A stretch of DNA of 64,000 nt, taken from assembly GCA_965219685.1 (NCBI GenBank), contig CBDCOH010000002.1, forward strand, positions 3,584,001-3,648,000, written 5' to 3'. The translations under genes were made by a program, and so were the position numbers. This DNA is from Candidatus Spongiisociaceae bacterium. GTDB lineage: Bacteria; Actinomycetota; Acidimicrobiia; Spongiisociales; Spongiisociaceae. Position 1 is the first letter of the stretch, and every line of letters begins with the position of its first letter. The notes under the pieces were generated by a model. That model was not told the DNA's origin. It saw only the letters and a list, made by a program, of their open reading frames with translations, and did not search any database. This document shows, piece by piece, positions 57,252 to 64,000 of this stretch.

Positions 57252-59598
57252 AGATGTTCCCATTTGCCGCAAGGGCCACCAGCGCGCTGTTGACCACCTG
57301 GTCGGCCTGCAATCCGAAGCGTTCGTACAACTCCGGGATGGTTCCAGACTCGCCGAAGTCGTCGACTCCTACCGGGACCACCCGCTGCCCGTACACGGAG
57401 CCCAGCCAGGCGAGGGTGTGCGAGGCCGCGTCATGCGCGGTGACGATCGGCGCTCTCCGCAGTGGTGGCGGGATGAGGGTGGCGAGGTGATGCTCGTCCG
57501 CCGGAGGGATGAGCCGCGACTGCGATCGGCGGAGGGTGCGGATCCAGCCGCTGTAGAGGCGGTCCGGGCTGGTGATCGACAGCACCGTGGCGCCGACTCC
57601 CTCCTCCTCCAGTTCCTCGGCCGCGGCCACGAGTTCCGGCATCACCGAGCCGCTCCCGGCGAGGACGATTGGGACTAGGCCGGCGTCCGACGGACCGCGC
57701 AGCCGGTAACCGCCCGCCACTGCGTCGCCCCGCAGGCGGTCCTCTCCAACCGATTCCAAGACGTCCCGGAACGGCTTCTGGTCGATTGGCCTGGTGCTCA
57801 GGCGGAGGTAGGAGATGGCGCCGTCGGGATCCGACAGCCGATGGAGGGCGTCGATCAGCAACCACTCCAGGCTCTGGGCGTAGGCGGGTTCGACGAACTC
57901 GACGCCCGGAAGTTCCATCCCGACGGATGGGGTGATGGTGGACTGGTGGGCGCCTCCCTCGGGGGCGAGGCTGATCCCGGAGGGAGTGCCGACCACCACG
58001 AACCGACTGCCGTTGTACGTGCCGTAGACGAAGGCGTCGAGACCCCGGAGGACGAACGGGTCGTACACGGTGCCGATCGGCAGCAACATCTCGCCGTGGT
58101 GGTCGTGGGAGAGTCCCAACTGGCCGAGCAGCATGAAGAGGTTCATCTCCGAGATCCCCAACTCGATGTGTTGGCCTTCGGGTCCCGGCTTCCAGCGGAG
58201 GAGGGTCTCGGTGGCCGAATAGTCGGGCCGGTGGTCGGGCGAGAAGACCCCGGCCTTGTTGATCCACCCTCCGAGATTCGTCGATATGGCGACGTCCGGC
58301 GAGGTGGTCACCAGTCGCTCTGCCACGCCTTCGATCTCGGCGAGGCGCACCAACGTCCTCCCGAAGGCATCCTGGGTGGAGACCGGTCTGGCGGACGCTG
58401 CCGGACGAGCGAAGGTGCCGACTGTCGCCGGCAGAGGCAAAGCGGGTCGGGGTGGGATCGGAAGGTTGTTGATCTCGCTGCCCACGCCCTCGCACACCCG
58501 ACCGGCAGGGCTGTCCGGATCGAAGCGGTCCCACTCGGTCTCGGGGGTCAGCCCCACCCTGGATCTGAGATCGTCTATCTGGGCGGGGCCGAGGAGGGCC
58601 GCATGGTTGAGCGGGTCACCGGCGAAGGGAAGGCTGTAGCCCTTGACCGTGAAGGCGAACACGATGCTCGGACGGTCCCGTTCTGCGTCGCACTCCCGGA
58701 AGCACCTGACCAATTCCACGAGGTCGTGGCCCCCCAGATCGTGCACGACCGAGGGGAGGTCGTCGTCGCTGACATCCGCGATCGATTCCGGCACACCTCG
58801 GGCGGCTCCCTCGAGGAACTGCTCACGGAGTTCGGAGCCGCGCAGCCGGAACAGGCTCTGGTAGTGCTCGTTGGACATCCCGTCTATGTGGCGCCGCAGG
58901 GCCGTGCCGCCTGGCCGGTCGAAGAGTCCCTGGAGTCGCCGGCCGTATTTGGCCTGGGTGACGTGCCATCCGGCCGCGGCGAAAGCGTTGGCCATCCGCC
59001 CCACCGCGATGTCTGGCACCACCCGGTCGAGGCTCTGGCGGTTGGCGTCCACCACTAGCATGGCGTTGCCCAGGCCGGCCAGGGCCGGCTCGGCTATCGC
59101 CTCCCAGACGTTGCCCTCGTCGAGTTCGGCGTCGCCGACCAGCGCTATGAAACGGGCCGCGCCGCGAGGACCGAACTTGGTGTCCACGTACCGCCGGGTG
59201 GCCGCCGAGAACAGCGGCGCCACCGCGCCCAGGCCGACCGAGCCGGTGGAGAAGTCGGCCACGTCGGGGTCCTTGGTGCGGGACGGGTAGGCCTGGAGGC
59301 CGCCCAGGCGACGCAACCGGGTCAGGTAGGAGCGGTCCAACTCGCCGGTCAGGTACTTGATGGCGTGGTAGACGGGCGAGGCGTGGGGCTTGACGGCCAC
59401 CTTGTCTTCGCCGCCGATGTGGCTGAACCACAGGGCGGTCATGACGGACACCAGCGAGGCTGACGATGCCTGGTGACCCCCCACCTTGATCTCGGTGCTG
59501 CGGTCCCGGTTGACGTAGTCGACCATCCGCACGGCCAGCCACAGCACCCGCTGTTCTATCTCTTTGAGCGTCTTCTCGACGGCGGCAGGAACCATCAT
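57250..59598 (-). CDS. Pyruvate dehydrogenase E1-like (AceE/transketolase-like TPP enzyme)
   Basis: KVGGHQASSAS, FSTGSVGLG, GDAELDEG..N (TPP motif), ELGISE, EGGAHQS. Confidence 0.88.
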   Translation of the reverse strand: MMVPAAVEKTLKEIEQRVLWLAVRMVDYVNRDRSTEIKVGGHQASSASLVSVMTALWFSHIGGEDKVAVKPHASPVYHAIKYLTGELDRSYLTRLRRLGGLQAYPSRTKDPDVADFSTGSVGLGAVAPLFSAATRRYVDTKFGPRGAARFIALVGDAELDEGNVWEAIAEPALAGLGNAMLVVDANRQSLDRVVPDIAVGRMANAFAAAGWHVTQAKYGRRLQGLFDRPGGTALRRHIDGMSNEHYQSLFRLRGSELREQFLEGAARGVPESIADVSDDDLPSVVHDLGGHDLVELVRCFRECDAERDRPSIVFAFTVKGYSLPFAGDPLNHAALLGPAQIDDLRSRVGLTPETEWDRFDPDSPAGRVCEGVGSEINNLPIPPRPALPLPATVGTFARPAASARPVSTQDAFGRTLVRLAEIEGVAERLVTTSPDVAISTNLGGWINKAGVFSPDHRPDYSATETLLRWKPGPEGQHIELGISEMNLFMLLGQLGLSHDHHGEMLLPIGTVYDPFVLRGLDAFVYGTYNGSRFVVVGTPSGISLAPEGGAHQSTITPSVGMELPGVEFVEPAYAQSLEWLLIDALHRLSDPDGAISYLRLSTRPIDQKPFRDVLESVGEDRLRGDAVAGGYRLRGPSDAGLVPIVLAGSGSVMPELVAAAEELEEEGVGATVLSITSPDRLYSGWIRTLRRSQSRLIPPADEHHLATLIPPPLRRAPIVTAHDAASHTLAWLGSVYGQRVVPVGVDDFGESGTIPELYERFGLQADQVVNSALVALAANGNI

Positions 59599-60284
59599 TG
59601 TTGATCGGCGATGTAGGAGACGTAGATCCGCTTGATGTCTCGGGCGGAGACAACTACTCGCGGAAGGTAGCCGTCGGCCGGACTCTGGAAGGTATTGCCA
59701 TCAGGGTATCTGATCAAGAAGGGTGTTGCGAGGACGATGTCACGGTCTGCGCCTTCCTCAGGATCTGTGTTGAACCAGGCGAGATCGCCAGAGATGTAGC
59801 TACCGTCGTCTAGCTCACAGATAACAAAACTGACGGATGAATCCTTGGGTACACCAGCTACGAAGACTTGGTACCACCCCGAAGTCTCTGTAAGTGTGGG
59901 GGTGAGAACTCGTGATACGTGTTTGAGCGGTCCCAACTCGAGAGCGAAGGCTGCTGAGAGGCTGGAGGTACATAGGACGAGGCCGATCAACCAGGCAGCA
60001 ACGTATAGAAGCCGCGAGTCGTCCAGAAGGATGTACGCGGCTGGCTCACGCATCAACCGAGAAAGATCGAGAGAGTGCTCGCCGATAGGCGGTAACAACC
60101 GGGCTAGGCCGTACAACACCAGCACGGTGGTGTTGGTAACGGCTGCGACGACTATGAACCCTGCAGCTTCTACTGTCCGCGAGAGCTGCCGCGTCGGGAA
60201 GAGCCGTCTCCTCAGGCTGTAGTGGACATAGCCGGGGAGAAGGACGAAGACCGCGATCAACAACCCGGCCAACGAACCGGGCAA
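59595..60284 (-). CDS. DUF6338-like membrane protein
   Basis: LLPGY in TM1, three TMs, then W..F, ELDDGSYISG, DIVL, VVVSARDIKRI soluble domain. Stop overlaps the E1 start (ATGA). Confidence 0.6.
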   Translation of the reverse strand: MPGSLAGLLIAVFVLLPGYVHYSLRRRLFPTRQLSRTVEAAGFIVVAAVTNTTVLVLYGLARLLPPIGEHSLDLSRLMREPAAYILLDDSRLLYVAAWLIGLVLCTSSLSAAFALELGPLKHVSRVLTPTLTETSGWYQVFVAGVPKDSSVSFVICELDDGSYISGDLAWFNTDPEEGADRDIVLATPFLIRYPDGNTFQSPADGYLPRVVVSARDIKRIYVSYIADQQ

Positions 60285-60287
60285 GTG

Positions 60288-60431
60288 CTAGTCCTTTCTG
60301 ACCTTTCGCGGGAAGTTCGGTCGTTCGGAGACTACCTTAGGCGGCGGTGGCGGGTTCTTCGGGGCCATGCCACCTGTCTCGATTACTTCGTAGCGTTCCC
60401 GGACCCGTTCGAGAAACTTCTTGCGAGGCAT
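60288..60431 (-). CDS. Small basic Pro-rich peptide (47 aa), absent from the ORF track
   Basis: MPRKKFLERVRERYEVIETGGMAPKNPPPPPKVVSERPNFPRKVRKD*. TAGACT-N6-ATG upstream; ends 3 nt before the next gene. Confidence 0.55.
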   Translation of the reverse strand: MPRKKFLERVRERYEVIETGGMAPKNPPPPPKVVSERPNFPRKVRKD

Positions 60432-60559
60432 CCACCAAGTCTAGCAGGCAGCAGATTCCACGACTCGTCGGGTGGGCGGGCGATCATGGTCGCGTCGTGA
60501 GCTTGCGTACCTGGTGAACCTGCCGACCTGAGTGCCTGGCGGGTTCTACACTTGTCGCG

Positions 60560-61582
60560 ATGGCTCAGGTGACAACGGTTCGGGGTCCGGTTGAGGGATC
60601 GGAACTCGGCGTGACGCTGTCTCACGAGCATGTCCTCATCTCGATGGCCTACGCGTTCCCGGCAGCCGGCCCGGAGGCGACCAGGCCCATCACGATGGAC
60701 CAGTTGGGCGTGTTGCGCAACGACATGATGCGTAACGTGAACACCATCACCCTGGACGAGTCCTGCGACCCGGTGGGCGAGTTGACCAGGGCCCGGGAGG
60801 CAGGGGTGGACACCATCGTCGACCTGACGCCTCCCGAGTTGAGCCGCAATCCGGCGGGGCTGGCCCGCATCTCCGAGGCATCCGGGGTCAACATCATCTG
60901 CGGGACGGGCCACTACCTGCGGCTCCAGCAGCGCCGGGAGACCAAGCGATTCATCGACGAGTCCCCCCCGGAGGCGATCGCCGAGCCGATGATCCGGGAT
61001 CTCACCGAGGGCATCGGCGATACGGGGATACGGGCGGGTGTGATAGGCGAGATCGGGCTCTTCTCACCGGTCCATCCGGGCGAACTGAAGACCCTGCAAG
61101 CGGCGGTGCTGGCCCACCGGGCGACCGGCGCGCCGCTGTTCGTGCACCTGATGGAGGTGCCGATCGCCGAGTACGCCCTTGAGGTGTTGGACCGGGTGGA
61201 GCCGGTCTGGGAGCGGGTGGTGTTCTGCCACATGGACTTCGATATCCGGGATCTCACCTGGCACCGCCGGGCCCTGGAGCGGGGTGTCAACGTGGAGTTC
61301 GACTTCTTTGGTTCCACCTGGTGGCCTCACGAGTGGTACCTGCACTTCCCCACCGACCCGCAACGTCTGACCGCCCTCAGCCGGTTGGCCGACGAGGGGT
61401 ACGGCGGCCAGCTGCTCGTCAGCCACGACGTCTGTACGCGCCTCCAATTGACGGCGTACGGGGGATTCGGCTATGGGTACCTGCGCTCGGTGGTTCCCGG
61501 GATGATCGACGCCCTGGGCCTCGACCCCGCACTCCTGGACCAGTTCATGGTGGAGAACACACGCCGGATACTCACGGGATAG
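60560..61582 (+). CDS. Phosphotriesterase-family (PHP/PTER-like) hydrolase
   Basis: TLSHEH, TIVDLT, GVIGEIG, FVH, CHMD, SHD; TACACT-N7-ATG. Confidence 0.9.
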   Translation: MAQVTTVRGPVEGSELGVTLSHEHVLISMAYAFPAAGPEATRPITMDQLGVLRNDMMRNVNTITLDESCDPVGELTRAREAGVDTIVDLTPPELSRNPAGLARISEASGVNIICGTGHYLRLQQRRETKRFIDESPPEAIAEPMIRDLTEGIGDTGIRAGVIGEIGLFSPVHPGELKTLQAAVLAHRATGAPLFVHLMEVPIAEYALEVLDRVEPVWERVVFCHMDFDIRDLTWHRRALERGVNVEFDFFGSTWWPHEWYLHFPTDPQRLTALSRLADEGYGGQLLVSHDVCTRLQLTAYGGFGYGYLRSVVPGMIDALGLDPALLDQFMVENTRRILTG

Positions 61583-61692
61583 TGGCTGGTGGCTGGTGAC
61601 TGGTCGTCAGTTGTCCGTTGTCCGAGGAGCGTTAGCCGCCTCACCATTCACCATTCACCATTCACCATTCACCATTCACCATTCACCACTCA
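61582..61692. repeat. Heptamer repeats: short GTGGCTG units and (TCACCAT) x7
   Basis: Convergent junction. The last TCA of the array is the aminotransferase stop codon. Confidence 0.85.
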
Positions 61693-62955
61693 GGCGAATC
61701 CCCGAGCGGTCGAAACCTCGGCGATCGCCTCCGACAGCCCGTCGAGCATGATGTCGATTTCGGACTCGGTGATGACGAACGGGGGGGATATCTGCAGGAC
61801 GCCGTAGGCGCCCCGCAGGCCGATGGTGATGATTCCCCGCCTCAGAGCGGCGCGGACCACTGCGTCCAGCAGGCCCGGATCCTCTTGGAGGGCGTCCTCG
61901 GATAGGACTACTGCAGCGAGTAGGCCCGCGGACCGTGTTCCGTCCACTACCGGGTGGGAGACCAGCCTGCCGACCCCGTCAGCCAGGACCGGGTCGAGCT
62001 CCGCGACCCGCGATGCGAGGCCCTCCCGCTCGATGATCGACAGATTGGCGAGGGCGGCCGAACAGGAGGCGGCGTGGCCCGAATAGGTGTAACCGTGGCG
62101 GAAGGCGGCCTCGCCCTTCCAGAACGGTTCGCGTATGCGGGGGGAGATGAGGATCCCGCCCAGAGGTGCGTACCCGGAGGTCACCCCCTTGGCGAAGGCG
62201 ATCACGTCGGGCGTGAAACCGTAGTGCTGGCATCCGAAGTCCCGGCCGACCCTTCCGAACCCGGTGATCACCTCGTCGGTGAACAGCAGCACGTCGTGAG
62301 CCCGGCATAGGCGTTCGATCTCCGGCCAGTACCCGTCCTCGGGCGGGACGACACCACCCGACCCGATGACCGGTTCCCCGACGAAGGCGGCTATCCGGTC
62401 GGCCTCCCGTTCGAACAAGTCGGCCACCGCTCCCGTGTCGTGGGTGGGTACATGCACGACATGGGGTACCAGCGGCCCTCCGTACCCCTCGTTGTTGGAG
62501 GGGAGGCCCCCCAGTTCGGTGCCCCAGGCGTTCATGCCGTGATAGCTCAACTCGCGGGCCACGATTGTCCGCTTCTCCGGCCTCCCCACCGCGTTCCAGT
62601 ACCGGCGAATCAGCTTGGCGCCGGTCTCGATCGCGTCGCTGCCTCCGGTGGTCATGAACACAACCGCGTCGTCGATCGGTGCCATGTCCGTCAGCCGGTC
62701 GGCCAGCTCCGCGGTGGGAGGTGTGGTGGTGAAGCCCATGGTGGAGTAGGCCGCCAACTGTGCCATCTGCTTGGCCACCGCGTCGGCTATCTCCCTGCGA
62801 CCATGTCCGACGTTGCAGTACCAGAGCGCAGCGGTGGCGTCGAGGTACCGGCGTCCCTCCGTGTCGTAGATCCATACCCCCTCGCCCCGGTTGATCACGA
62901 GCTCGTTGCCGGGGACCAGGCTCATGTCGGCATAGCCGTGCCAGAAGTTGGTCAT
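61690..62955 (-). CDS. Class III (omega-amino acid:pyruvate-type) aminotransferase
   Basis: YLDATAALW, GGSDA, SYHG, DEVITGFGR, FAKGVTSGY, HGYTYSGH. Confidence 0.92.
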   Translation of the reverse strand: MTNFWHGYADMSLVPGNELVINRGEGVWIYDTEGRRYLDATAALWYCNVGHGRREIADAVAKQMAQLAAYSTMGFTTTPPTAELADRLTDMAPIDDAVVFMTTGGSDAIETGAKLIRRYWNAVGRPEKRTIVARELSYHGMNAWGTELGGLPSNNEGYGGPLVPHVVHVPTHDTGAVADLFEREADRIAAFVGEPVIGSGGVVPPEDGYWPEIERLCRAHDVLLFTDEVITGFGRVGRDFGCQHYGFTPDVIAFAKGVTSGYAPLGGILISPRIREPFWKGEAAFRHGYTYSGHAASCSAALANLSIIEREGLASRVAELDPVLADGVGRLVSHPVVDGTRSAGLLAAVVLSEDALQEDPGLLDAVVRAALRRGIITIGLRGAYGVLQISPPFVITESEIDIMLDGLSEAIAEVSTARGFA

Positions 62956-63998
62956 GTCACCTCCATGGTGAGAAGCCGTTTCGTATTCTCGACGAGGATC
63001 CTGTCGAGCGCGGCATCGGGGATCCCCGCCTTGCGCATCCGGGGCACCACCGTGTCGAGGATGTGCCCGAAGCCGTGACCCCCGTAGGCCCTTAGCTGGA
63101 ACTTCATGCACATGTCGGTGGAGATCAACACCTGATCCGCCCATCCCCTATCGACCAGGGAGGCAACGCCGGCTATGCGGTCACGGTCGGCGGGGAAGTC
63201 CCACCCGCCGTAGGCGTCGGTGGTCATCTCCAGGCCGAAGCAGTCCATCTCGAGCGTGACGCCCCGGCTCAGCAGCCGATCCTGGTATTCGTGATCGAGG
63301 TAGCTCAGGTCCTGGTGGCTGAGGATCACGCGGCTCAATTCGGCACCGGTCTCGTGGAGGATGTCGGCGGCTCGCCAGCAGAGGTCCTCGCGGCCGGGTC
63401 CGTACGGAACATGGACGTTGAGGGGCGCTCCGGTGGCCTGCTGGGCCAGCGCGGCGCCCCTCAACGACTTCTCCTCGGCGGATGTGCCGTTCTGGAACCC
63501 GATCTCGCCGATTATCCCCGCCCGGATGCCGGTCTCGCCGAAGCCCTCTGTGACATGGGTGACGATCTCGCCGGCGATGTCCTCTTCGGACAGATCGGCC
63601 ATCTCCGGCGGATGGCTCTCGTCGATGTAGTACCCGGCGCCGAGGACCACGTTGAGCCTGCTCTCCCGGGCTATCCGGGCCACGGTCTCGGGCCGCGGGT
63701 CGAGACCACGGCTGGTGAGATCGACCAGCGTGCGCCCGCCGGCGGCCGTGAAGGGGCGGAGTTCGTCCAATATCAGGCTCGGGTCGTCCAGCAGGAGGTT
63801 GTCCCGGTTGGTGTTGCAGTTGGAGATGACCCTCCAGCGGTTGTCGACGGTGAAGGTCCGGGCGGCCCACTCCTCGGCCTCCGGATCGGAGGGTTCCTCC
63901 ATGTAGAGGGTCAGATCGCAGAGCAGGTGCTCATGCGGAAGCGTCGTCCCGGCCTCTTGGGGCGGGATCGGTCCGAGCACCGTCTGTATGGCCGGCAT
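62952..63998 (-). CDS. Phosphotriesterase-family (PHP/PTER-like) hydrolase
   Basis: TLPHEH, GGRTLVDLT, GIIGEIG, NVH, SHQD, STD. Stop overlaps the aminotransferase start. Confidence 0.9.
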   Translation of the reverse strand: MPAIQTVLGPIPPQEAGTTLPHEHLLCDLTLYMEEPSDPEAEEWAARTFTVDNRWRVISNCNTNRDNLLLDDPSLILDELRPFTAAGGRTLVDLTSRGLDPRPETVARIARESRLNVVLGAGYYIDESHPPEMADLSEEDIAGEIVTHVTEGFGETGIRAGIIGEIGFQNGTSAEEKSLRGAALAQQATGAPLNVHVPYGPGREDLCWRAADILHETGAELSRVILSHQDLSYLDHEYQDRLLSRGVTLEMDCFGLEMTTDAYGGWDFPADRDRIAGVASLVDRGWADQVLISTDMCMKFQLRAYGGHGFGHILDTVVPRMRKAGIPDAALDRILVENTKRLLTMEVT

Positions 63999-64000
63999 CG

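Noticed and set aside
1-64000. Genome-wide UGA reassignment (genetic code 4 or 25)
   Set aside because: Many clear genes end in TGA at their expected C-termini, often in ATGA overlaps, and Trp is encoded by TGG.
1-64000. tRNA (including tRNA-Sec), rRNA, selA/selB/selD, integrase, reverse transcriptase
   Set aside because: None recognised by eye. The Sec machinery, if present, must lie outside this window.

Overview
High-GC bacterial chromosomal window. The gene style (SLH-anchored surface proteins with GC..YCP motifs, plant-type LRR proteins, Thr-rich lipoproteins, leaderless genes) fits an actinobacterium of the Acidimicrobiia type, as seen among marine-invertebrate symbionts; this is inference. 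The standout signal is at 586-4090: three tandem exported TlpA/redoxin-fold genes that the ORF track splits at an in-frame TGA. In all three the TGA occupies the first position of the active-site motif (W-U-P-T-C, G-U-P-R-C, F-U-E-T-C). An identical 15-nt hairpin (CGAGC-AGTTC-GCTCG) follows exactly 29 nt downstream, so this is a likely cell-surface selenoprotein array with a shared SECIS. Two copies are SLH-anchored and one is a mucin-like lipoprotein. The array sits beside two SLH/LRR surface proteins. The rest of the window holds nnr, a RES/Xre-type TA pair, many catabolic hydrolases and aminotransferases with three ABC importers, and three phosphotriesterase-family paralogs. It also holds an AlbA/Fic cassette bracketed by an intact and a decayed deoC copy, a small Pro-rich peptide-DUF6338-like-aceE-like operon, several gene remnants (NYN, RCC1, ECF-S, ISL3, CAP), and a family of 7-nt tandem repeats found mostly between convergent genes. 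No rRNA, tRNA or CRISPR array was seen.
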